Shown here: positions 9,024 to 17,261 of the stretch, in pieces
Layout: each line of letters begins with the position of its first letter
How positions within the stretch are numbered: position 1 is the first letter of the stretch
Assembly (NCBI GenBank): GCA_964608735.1
Contig: CAZSPL010000006.1
Span: 1 to 47,040, forward strand
Direction of reading: 5' to 3'
Length of the DNA stretch: 47,040 nucleotides
Source: an uncultured Planctomycetota bacterium
GTDB taxonomy: Bacteria > JAJVIF01 > JAPKYR01 > CAZSPL01
Notes under the pieces: model-generated
Told to the model about the DNA's origin: nothing
The model's input: only the letters and a program-made list of their open reading frames with translations
The model's database searches: none
Program-made: the position numbers and the translations under genes

Positions 9024-9052
9024 TCGACTACTTACTTCCCCCCCGCTATAAT
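9024..9052 (+). promoter_or_regulatory. Candidate sigma70-type promoter with a poly-C spacer
   Basis: TCGACT (9024-9029), 17-nt spacer containing a C7 tract (9038-9044), then TATAAT (9047-9052), just upstream of the RBS GAGGGAAG (9061-9068) and TTG start 9071. Confidence 0.35.
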
Positions 9053-9070
9053 TAGCCGACGAGGGAAGTC

Positions 9071-9667
9071 TTGGAATACGCGAGGCAAATTTTTACACCA
9101 CATGGCGGCGCGCTTTTTTTGTTGATGATAGTATCGACCATTTCGATGGCGCGCATTTTCACGATAATCGGCGACCTCCGCGCCCAGGCCGCCGCGATAG
9201 AAGACCTCGTGCCGCACCTGAGGGCGTCGCTGAGTTCGGGCAACGTGGCGAAAGCGGCGGTGGCGGCGGAGAGCGACGGCAGTTCCATCGGAAGGCTCAT
9301 GTCGGCGATACTTCGCGAACCGACCCGTGATTCCAAGCGTATGCGCCTTATATATAAGATAAATATAGACGGCTCCCTGAGGGAGCGGCTTCAATACCTC
9401 CTGCCGCTCAAAGGCTACTCCCTCGTCGCGCTCCTGCTCGGTATCATCGGGGCCGCCTCCGCATGGTTCTTATTTAACCCCGACCCGTTGGCGGTGAAGC
9501 GTTCGCTGGTGGTGGGAATGGCAGGGCTCGTGGTGTCGATGTTCGCCGGCATATTTTTCAGGCTGCTTCGTGCGCGGGAGATAGAGCTGAACGACGAGCT
9601 CGCGGCGGAAGCTCTGGGCCTGATAGATACGGCCACGCGATTCAGCAGAGAAAATCTTGTGGTATAG
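9071..9667 (+). CDS. Membrane protein, possibly a MotA/TolQ/ExbB-like proton channel family member
   Basis: TTG start with a GAGGGAAG RBS. One N-terminal TM, a soluble middle section, and two C-terminal TMs (LVALLLGIIGAASAWF; VVGMAGLVVSMFAGIFF) followed by a basic/acidic tail. This topology is like ExbB/TolQ, but the family assignment is weak. Confidence 0.45.
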   Translation: MEYARQIFTPHGGALFLLMIVSTISMARIFTIIGDLRAQAAAIEDLVPHLRASLSSGNVAKAAVAAESDGSSIGRLMSAILREPTRDSKRMRLIYKINIDGSLRERLQYLLPLKGYSLVALLLGIIGAASAWFLFNPDPLAVKRSLVVGMAGLVVSMFAGIFFRLLRAREIELNDELAAEALGLIDTATRFSRENLVV

Positions 9668-9775
9668 GCGCATACTATCCGCGGTTTCTCGGAAAGAATT
9701 GGTCAAACCTTGTATATATAATTTCTCAACCGCGACACCACTCATCGGCGCGGCATCGGATGGGGGCGATGCCTG

Positions 9776-10975
9776 ATGCAGGTGGTCATCGTGGGAGCCG
9801 GCCCGGCCGGATGCATCGCCGCTGAAACCCTCGCCTACGGGGGGGCGCGGGCCGTATTGATAGAGAAGGATGTCGGCCGCGACAAACCGTGCGGCGGCGG
9901 AATACCATCGATGGTCGTCGACGATTTCGACATCCCCCCCGAACTCATAGAACGAAAATTCAACGTCGTTCATTTCATCGGCCCGAGCCTCATCCGCGTG
10001 CCGATGCGGTTCCCCGACGGCACATACATGGCGACGGTGAACCGGCAGAAGTTCGACGCGTATCTGCTCAAGCGCGCCCGCGAAGCGACGGCGATCGTGA
10101 TACCGGGGCGGTTCATCGGGTATGAGCCGGGCAAGAAGCTGAAAGTGCGGTATAAGGCGGATGACGGGGTCGTGTACACGGCATTCGCGGATTTCATCAT
10201 CGGCGCGGACGGCGCGATGAGCCGCGTGGGATTCAACACCTTCGGAACGAACCTGCCCCACGTCGCGACGCTGATGGAGATACTGAGGATAGACAAGGGA
10301 GCGCGGAAGCATTTCTACGACCGATGCGAATTCTACTACGCGAGCCGCATAAGCGAGGATTACTACGGCTGGATATTCCCGCATGGCGATACGGTATCGC
10401 TCGGCGTCGGCGCGACATATAAGAACGCCGGCAAGCTCGAGGAATACCTCGCGGAGCTGAAGCGCATCAATGTGCGCTACCTCATGGGAGCCGAATTGAT
10501 AAAGCGCACCGGCGCGGTTATCCCGAGCGCGATGTATCCCTCCCCCGGCAAGGATAACGTGCTTCTGTGCGGCGATGCCGCCGGGTTCGTGCTTCCCGGA
10601 TGCGGCGAAGGAATTTATTTCGCCATGGAATCCGGACGCCGCGCCGCCAAGGCGATTATCGACGCCCCGAAAAAGGGATACAAGAGTGTTATCCGCACAT
10701 ACGGCGAGGGGCTCAAAAACGACTACGGGCATATTTTCGATTACTTCAGGCGGGTCGAGAAACTGGCATTCAAGGACGATATCAGCAGGGAGGTGTTCGT
10801 TCGCATCCTGAGCGATAAGGCGCTCGGAACGCACGTGCTGAAAGTGTTTTCATCGAAGGTGAAGGATCGCAGGTCGATTCCGTGGAAGGTGAAGACGGCA
10901 TTCCAGCTTTCTTACCTGCGACACATGGCACGTCGCTATATCGACAACGCGCCGGATATCCTTCCCGAGGATTGA
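9776..10975 (+). CDS. Geranylgeranyl reductase family FAD-dependent oxidoreductase
   Basis: N-terminal dinucleotide fold VVIVGAGPAGCIAAETLAYGGARAVLIEK followed by KPCGGGIP. Later LLCGDAAGFVLPGCGEGIYFAMESG. These are the typical ChlP/BchP/archaeal GGR signatures. Confidence 0.85.
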   Translation: MQVVIVGAGPAGCIAAETLAYGGARAVLIEKDVGRDKPCGGGIPSMVVDDFDIPPELIERKFNVVHFIGPSLIRVPMRFPDGTYMATVNRQKFDAYLLKRAREATAIVIPGRFIGYEPGKKLKVRYKADDGVVYTAFADFIIGADGAMSRVGFNTFGTNLPHVATLMEILRIDKGARKHFYDRCEFYYASRISEDYYGWIFPHGDTVSLGVGATYKNAGKLEEYLAELKRINVRYLMGAELIKRTGAVIPSAMYPSPGKDNVLLCGDAAGFVLPGCGEGIYFAMESGRRAAKAIIDAPKKGYKSVIRTYGEGLKNDYGHIFDYFRRVEKLAFKDDISREVFVRILSDKALGTHVLKVFSSKVKDRRSIPWKVKTAFQLSYLRHMARRYIDNAPDILPED

Positions 10976-11068
10976 CATTTTCCGCGTCCCGGGCATTAAA
11001 TGGTTTATCGGTTTCGATGCGATTGCACATCTCCATGAAATAACAGGAAGCATAATTCGGAGGTTGAA

Positions 11069-13264
11069 ATGATTACTCACAGAGGAAGAACGGCGCTATT
11101 ATTCTGCATCGCACTGCTCATGATTATCGTTCTGGGACTCCCCGGCATCACGGGTGAAGCCTGGAGCAAGGAACTCTCGTATATCGCATGCACGGCTGAC
11201 GGCAACAACGCCCATATCAATGCGACGCTCATCGGCAGGACGGCGGTTATCGGCGACGCCGTGTGCGCCGCTGATCCTTTCGACTGGTACCTGATTCCCC
11301 TCAATGGGGATATCGGCTGGGGTGGCTCCTTGCAGGTCATCACCAAAAACCCCGGCCTGGTGGTACGCCTCTACCTCGACACCGGCTCCGGACCGGAGAT
11401 GATACGCGAAGGCAGCCCCGAATACATGGACTATGGTACCAGCTACATATATTTCCTGGACTGGGATCTCGAAGATATCGCCGCCGACATGGGGCAGACA
11501 TCCTTCGCCTCCGGCAACTATTACATCAGGACGACTTACTACTCGGCATACCCCGGCGACCACCCGTATGAAATCATGTTCTGGCTGAGGCCCGCCGAAT
11601 TCACGCCATCCCCCTACAACTCCGCCCCCGCCGCGCGTACACTCCTCCCCGGCATGGGTCACTACGGCCACCTTTCCACCGCCGACCCCACCGACTGGTT
11701 CGTATTCACAATACCGCCCGGGCAGACAGGCACCGGCATAATTTTCGGCGAGCACATTTCCCATTTGATGCTCTTGCTCGAGGAGCTTGAGGTCGACGGC
11801 CTCGGCGGCACTCCCCCGACCGAATACGACCTGTTACTTCGAGATTCGAGCGCCGCGATAATCGCCACCGGCCAGGTGGCGAAGAACGAGCACGGATACA
11901 TCGATATAGAAGACACTTCCGACCTCGCTCCCGGCACGTATTACATCGAGGTCGGCGACCCGACGGTGATGCATCCTGTCTCATGGGAAGCATATTATTT
12001 CGTTTTCAACCATGCCCTCGCCCCGGATACAGGCGAATGGACGGCTGACACCAACGTCGATATAACCGATGCCGTTCCTCTCACCGAGGGGATGGGGATA
12101 ACCGGCTCCGTCTATTACCCGCGCGATACCGAGGATTACTACACCTTCACGTCGAGCGGCTACTTCCTCGGCGATATCCTCGTCGACCCCGCCTTCGATT
12201 TCTGGGGCATCTATGCGCATTTCATCGATGATGAAGGCCGCTGGCAGGGCGGACACTGGCTCTCGGGCCTCGGTGTGACATCCCGCTACTGGGCTCTCGA
12301 ACCCGGAACCTACAACCTGTGCATCACCGACAGGTATAAAACATATTTCCCCACCAACTACACCCTCACTTACTATCAGCACGGAGTTCCCTTGACCGTT
12401 CCCGCGGGACATACGACATGGCAGACGGCGGATGATATCCCCGCCGGGGAGCTCACCGGTGAAATATGGGTCTATCCGCAGGACCGCTTTTTCGACCTCC
12501 GCCCCCTCGTACAAGATACGTACTACTGCACACTCGAAGTCCCCGCCGACAATTTGCTCGTCGGCTATTACGACATCTACGGCAGCCGCCCCGACTACCG
12601 GGTGCGCCTCGGCAAACTCGGTCCCGGCGGTACGCCGATATGGTCGCCGGTGCTCAACCCGAATTCAAAGGGGAATCTGAAGATCGACATGAACTACAGT
12701 TTCCTCTCCGAAGCGGGGACATATTTTCTCGAAACAAAACTCACCACCTCCGCACCCGGCCAGACCCGGATACTGGTAAACAACCGCTCGTACATCGCCT
12801 CGTGCGAGTCGGACGATGTGAACAACTACATCGACGCGCTCGATCTGAAAGCCTACAAGGTCGGCTCGACATACACCCGGCACGATTTCCTGTGCCCCGG
12901 TGAGGACGACGTCGACTGGTACAAATTCGATTCGGGGTTATTCGACGATTTCTACGGCCCGAAGCAGAACCTTTCATTCCGCGGCTCCGCGGCAGGGATG
13001 AAGATGGAGCTCTACGACGGCGCTCTGACGTTCCTTCGCGATGCGGAGATAAGCGATATAGGCGGTTATGCCAACATCGACCTCGATGGGGTTATCCTCG
13101 ACCAGTGGACATACTATGTCAAAATCATCGCCGCACCCTCGGTCGACCGCGTGCAGGTTTACGACCTCGAATTGAGGAAAGACTTTGAACTCGTCCGCCC
13201 GTTGTTCACCCAGCAATTTAGAGAGCTGATATACCCGGTCGAGAAGTTCCGCATCCAGAAGTAA
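11069..13264 (+). CDS. Secreted protein built from about 5 PPC-like (pre-peptidase C-terminal) repeat domains
   Basis: GGAGG RBS and signal peptide MITHRGRTALLFCIALLMIIVLGLPG. A recurring D-x-x-D-[WY]-[YF]-x-F motif appears roughly every 130-140 aa (DPFDWYLIPL, DPTDWFVFTI, DTEDYYTFTS, DDVDWYKFDS). Each is followed by a G-T-Y-Y-hydrophobic strand (GTYYIEV, GTYNLCI, GTYFLET), as in the PPC domain. Confidence 0.7.
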   Translation: MITHRGRTALLFCIALLMIIVLGLPGITGEAWSKELSYIACTADGNNAHINATLIGRTAVIGDAVCAADPFDWYLIPLNGDIGWGGSLQVITKNPGLVVRLYLDTGSGPEMIREGSPEYMDYGTSYIYFLDWDLEDIAADMGQTSFASGNYYIRTTYYSAYPGDHPYEIMFWLRPAEFTPSPYNSAPAARTLLPGMGHYGHLSTADPTDWFVFTIPPGQTGTGIIFGEHISHLMLLLEELEVDGLGGTPPTEYDLLLRDSSAAIIATGQVAKNEHGYIDIEDTSDLAPGTYYIEVGDPTVMHPVSWEAYYFVFNHALAPDTGEWTADTNVDITDAVPLTEGMGITGSVYYPRDTEDYYTFTSSGYFLGDILVDPAFDFWGIYAHFIDDEGRWQGGHWLSGLGVTSRYWALEPGTYNLCITDRYKTYFPTNYTLTYYQHGVPLTVPAGHTTWQTADDIPAGELTGEIWVYPQDRFFDLRPLVQDTYYCTLEVPADNLLVGYYDIYGSRPDYRVRLGKLGPGGTPIWSPVLNPNSKGNLKIDMNYSFLSEAGTYFLETKLTTSAPGQTRILVNNRSYIASCESDDVNNYIDALDLKAYKVGSTYTRHDFLCPGEDDVDWYKFDSGLFDDFYGPKQNLSFRGSAAGMKMELYDGALTFLRDAEISDIGGYANIDLDGVILDQWTYYVKIIAAPSVDRVQVYDLELRKDFELVRPLFTQQFRELIYPVEKFRIQK

Positions 13265-13295
13265 CCGGGCGATTGAGAAAAAACGGAGGTTTCAG

Positions 13296-15581
13296 ATGTT
13301 TCAGATGAAAGGCATTGCGCGACGATTACTGCTGACCGGGATATTCACTGCGATGATACTCGCCGCGACCCTGGTCCCCGCGTATTCATACTGGATGTAC
13401 GTCCTGATATACGGCATTGACTACATCGACTGCGTGGATGATGGCAACAACGCACACGTCAACGCGTCGGTCATCTTTCCACAGACCCTCGTCGCCGACG
13501 CGGTGTGCCCGGATGACCCGTTTGACTGGTACCTCGTTCCACTCCAGGGCGACCTCGGATGGGAAGGCATCTTCTACTGCATCGCCGACGGACCGGGGCT
13601 CGTCTTCAGGCTCTATGCCGATACCGGCTCAGGGCTTAACCTTCTCAAGGAAGGCAGCCCCGCTGCGGACACCGAAAGCGAAACCAACCTGTGGGGACTC
13701 GTGTGGAAATTCAAGGATATCGCTAACGACCTCGGGCATGACTTTGTCCCGGCGGGGAATTTCTATGTCAGGGTCTCACATTATTCGGCATACCCCGAAG
13801 ACCACCCCTATTTCCTCATGCTCATGATGGGACCGGGGGAGCACGAGCAATCCGATGCCAACACCGGTCCTAAACGCCTGCTTGCGCCCGGCATGATTCA
13901 TTACGGGCATGTCGATACGGTCAACACATCCGACCTGTTCAAGTTCACCCTCAATCCCGGCGATAATCCGACCGGCATCATCGCCCTCGGGGAGGTCATG
14001 GAAGGAGTCGGCGGGCGCCTCGCCGATTCTTCTCAGCAGCCTGAATACAACCTCCGCCTGACCCTGTTCAATCCCGATGGCGTGAAAATCGCTTCCGTCA
14101 TGCCGAGTGAATCCATGACGGCGAGAATCGACCTGAACATAATGTCGAATGTCCCGCCGGGCCAGTATATGATCGAAGTCTCTATGGCGGCCACATCGCC
14201 CGAACCCGGCGAGGGGCATTATTACATGCTTCTCAATCACGCGCTCGCCCCGGCCACCGGCGACTGGGCCCCCGATGCCAACAAGAACAAGGCAACCGGG
14301 ATAACATTGCAGGAAGGCGTGCCGGTCTCGGATGCCATCTATGCCGGGCGCGACCTCGGCGACTATTACAAGTTCAGCTCCCCCGGTTATTTCCTCGGGG
14401 ATATCCGCGTCGAGCCGCCGATGGATACGCGCTACATCACGCTCGATTTGTACGACAGCGCCAACAAAGAAATCTCCGCGGGCGACCTCGCCGGCTTCGG
14501 CCTCTGCCAGGCCTACGACCCGCTCAAGCCGGGGAATTATTCCATACGCCTGTGGGACCCCGTCGGCCTGCTGAATCCCGCGAAATACACGATAACCCTT
14601 TATCCCCACGGCGACACGAGAACCAAGCCCGCGGAATTTTCGACATGGCAGACGGCATACGAGCTTCCGGCCGATGACTCAAGCGCCGATGACGATATGC
14701 TGCACATGATTCTCTTCCCCTGGATAGCGTCCGACCTCAAGCCCGGCGTGCAGGATGCCCTCTTCGTGAAGCTCGTCGTACCCGAAGGGAAATTCCTCGC
14801 GGGCTATTACGATATCTACGGCTCGCGCCCCGGCTATAAGGTCAGCATTGGGAAGATTGTCCAGCCGGGACAACCGCCCGCGTGGTCGCCGCCGCTGAGT
14901 CCCGATGCATACGGCTTCCTCCTCATCGACATGGACTACGAATACCTCGCCGACCCCGGCACATACTATCTCAGGATACAGCCCCCCGATGGCGTAACAG
15001 GCCAGACGCGCGTGCTCATCGAAAACAACGCGCGCCTTACCGAATGCGTCAGCGATGACAACAACACGTTCTATGAGGCCCTCGACCTGAGGGGCAGCTA
15101 TTTGCTCCCGGTGCCCGGATTCGACCAGCTGTGCCCGGGACTCGATGACGCCGACTGGTTCTATTTTTACACCAATAATTACGACCCGCAGGTCGGCCCG
15201 CTGAAGAAACTGACGTTCAAGGGCGGCGTGGAAGGCATGCGGATGGAGTTTTACGACTCCGACATGGTGATGAAGTTCTATCTGAACTACACGAGCGCAG
15301 GGCAAGTGGTAACCTACGAGTTGAAGAACTATGTCAAGCCGGGCGAGCTTTACCGCGTCAAGATCGAAGCCAACGCCGCGGTGGAAAAGGTGCAGGTGTA
15401 TGATTTGAAGCTGGCGGATGTCCTGCAGTGGACCCCGCGTCCCTTCAAGTTTTACAACGACTACAACTGGCTTCTCAAGCTCAAGCCCGGCGCTTTCCAG
15501 TTGCTGGGCGGAGAAGAGGAAGGGGATGACGATGACGACGGGATGGAGCACATAATCCAAGGCTTCCACCGCAAGCAGTAG
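13296..15581 (+). CDS. Secreted PPC-like repeat protein, tandem paralog of 11069..13264, with an acidic C-terminal tail
   Basis: GGAGG RBS and signal peptide. Collinear with the upstream gene (NNAHVNAS, DPFDWYLVPLQGDLGWEG, SHYSAYPEDHPY, LNHALAPATGDW, YYDIYGSRPGYKV, DDADWFYF). Ends in GGEEEGDDDDDG. Confidence 0.7.
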   Translation: MFQMKGIARRLLLTGIFTAMILAATLVPAYSYWMYVLIYGIDYIDCVDDGNNAHVNASVIFPQTLVADAVCPDDPFDWYLVPLQGDLGWEGIFYCIADGPGLVFRLYADTGSGLNLLKEGSPAADTESETNLWGLVWKFKDIANDLGHDFVPAGNFYVRVSHYSAYPEDHPYFLMLMMGPGEHEQSDANTGPKRLLAPGMIHYGHVDTVNTSDLFKFTLNPGDNPTGIIALGEVMEGVGGRLADSSQQPEYNLRLTLFNPDGVKIASVMPSESMTARIDLNIMSNVPPGQYMIEVSMAATSPEPGEGHYYMLLNHALAPATGDWAPDANKNKATGITLQEGVPVSDAIYAGRDLGDYYKFSSPGYFLGDIRVEPPMDTRYITLDLYDSANKEISAGDLAGFGLCQAYDPLKPGNYSIRLWDPVGLLNPAKYTITLYPHGDTRTKPAEFSTWQTAYELPADDSSADDDMLHMILFPWIASDLKPGVQDALFVKLVVPEGKFLAGYYDIYGSRPGYKVSIGKIVQPGQPPAWSPPLSPDAYGFLLIDMDYEYLADPGTYYLRIQPPDGVTGQTRVLIENNARLTECVSDDNNTFYEALDLRGSYLLPVPGFDQLCPGLDDADWFYFYTNNYDPQVGPLKKLTFKGGVEGMRMEFYDSDMVMKFYLNYTSAGQVVTYELKNYVKPGELYRVKIEANAAVEKVQVYDLKLADVLQWTPRPFKFYNDYNWLLKLKPGAFQLLGGEEEGDDDDDGMEHIIQGFHRKQ

Positions 15582-15759
15582 CTGGCGCGGCGATAATTAC
15601 TACATCATATCTCTTACCTGGTGCCACCAGGAACCGTAGTGCGCTTTTTCAACAGGCCCAAGGCTGCCCGCGCTTGAAGGAAGGGCAGGCGGGACGCCCG
15701 CACCACAATGGGCGGCAGGGAGGGGGATGGTTTTTGCTGAGAATTTCTACGCTTACCCC

Positions 15760-15788
15760 TTGACAAAACCGTAAAAGGGTATTATAGT
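15760..15788 (+). promoter_or_regulatory. Near-consensus sigma70 promoter in the 510-nt gap upstream of the GT4 gene
   Basis: TTGACA (15760-15765), exactly 17 nt, then TATAGT (15783-15788). Confidence 0.45.
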
Positions 15789-16092
15789 ACTTATATACTT
15801 GATTAGAAGGTGATTCCGATGTAGCCCTGAAAATTGAGTAAAACTAATCGAACGGTCGGTCTCTTTTTCACAATAGAAAGCGCGCTCCACGGAGTGCGCT
15901 TTCGGCATTACGATGATTGACAGTCGGCGCGCCATTCCGTAGCATGGCCTTGTGGAAAAGATAAGGTCAATCCCCCTGCTGAGACTTCTTCTGACTATCA
16001 TCACGGGAGCCGCCGCCGGGCTGTTCTTCATCGGCATCGTAATTCTCGTCATACATCTCATCGGCCTTGTCGCCGGGGGCGGTGGATAAACC

Positions 16093-17217
16093 GTGCCGGG
16101 CGCGACCCTCGAAGATGCAAAAGTCGCCCTCTCCCATGACTGGCTGCTGAGCATCGGCGGGGGGGAACGATGCCTCGCCATCTTCGCGGAATTATTTCCC
16201 GACGCGTCGATCTACACATCGATCTTCCGTCCCGAAGTGATGGGCGGCCTGATTCCTGAAGACCGCGTATGGCCGAGCTTCCTCAATAACTGGCCCGAAT
16301 ACTTCCGCAGACGGCACCGGATGCTTCTTCCCCTGATGCCGGTTGCGTTTTCGCAATTCGATATCGGCGATGTCGACCTCATCCTCTCTTCATCGCATTG
16401 CGCGGCGAAGGGAATACGCAAGCCGGAAGGGGCCGTGCATGCCTGTTTCTGCTACTCACCGATGCGATATGTCTGGGACCTCTATGAAACCTATCTAGCG
16501 GGGATGAAAGGCATCACGCGCTACATGTTCCGGCAATTCGCGCCGCCGCTTCGAAAGTGGGACAAACTTACCGCGGGCGAAGTGGATGTCTTCATCGCAA
16601 TCAGCGACTTCATCGCCGAACGCATTAAGCGCGTTTACGAGCGCGATTCGGTCGTCATATATCCGCCGGTCGACTGCTTGCGTTTCACTATCGATGAGAA
16701 AGCGCGGCGCGATGAGCATTTCCTCGTGCTGAGCAGGCTCGTCAATTACAAGCGGGTGGATATCGCGGTGGATGCATTCCGCGAACTGCCGTACAAGCTT
16801 CGCGTCGTGGGTACCGGCCCGCAGATGGCCGAGCTGAAATCGAAAGCCGGGGCGAATGTCGAGTTCGCGGGATTCGTCGACGAAGATAAACTCGTCGATG
16901 AATACCGCCGGGCGCGCGCGGTTATCGTAACGGCGATAGAGGATTTCGGGCTCGTACCGGTCGAAGCGGCATCGTGCGGCACCCCGACAATCGCGCTCGG
17001 GGCGGGCGGCTATCTCGAGACGGTCCGGGATGAAGTGAGCGGAGTGTTCTTCGCGGAACAATCCCCCGCAAGCGTCGCCGATGCGGTGAGGCGTTTCGCG
17101 AAAATGAATTTCGCTCCTCTTAAAGTACGTGAATCAGCCTTAAGATTTGACGTGCCGCGCTTCAAACAACAAATAATGGATATTGCGAGCCGCGCTATTG
17201 GCGGGTTTAAGACGTAA
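16093..17217 (+). CDS. Glycosyltransferase family 4 (GT-B fold)
   Basis: GTG start 6 nt after GGTGGA. N-terminal VALSHDWLLSIGGGE and the C-terminal nucleotide-sugar binding block EDFGLVPVEAASCGTPTIA, which is the E-x7-E type motif. Confidence 0.85.
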   Translation: MPGATLEDAKVALSHDWLLSIGGGERCLAIFAELFPDASIYTSIFRPEVMGGLIPEDRVWPSFLNNWPEYFRRRHRMLLPLMPVAFSQFDIGDVDLILSSSHCAAKGIRKPEGAVHACFCYSPMRYVWDLYETYLAGMKGITRYMFRQFAPPLRKWDKLTAGEVDVFIAISDFIAERIKRVYERDSVVIYPPVDCLRFTIDEKARRDEHFLVLSRLVNYKRVDIAVDAFRELPYKLRVVGTGPQMAELKSKAGANVEFAGFVDEDKLVDEYRRARAVIVTAIEDFGLVPVEAASCGTPTIALGAGGYLETVRDEVSGVFFAEQSPASVADAVRRFAKMNFAPLKVRESALRFDVPRFKQQIMDIASRAIGGFKT

Positions 17218-17261
17218 GTGGTACAATTTATTGGGCGACAATCGCGGCATAAGGGACATTG

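Noticed and set aside
15650-15725. SRP (4.5S) RNA-like string GAAGGAAGGGCAGG
   Set aside because: No GNRA tetraloop closed by the conserved domain IV symmetric loops could be drawn, and the flanking pairing is poor.
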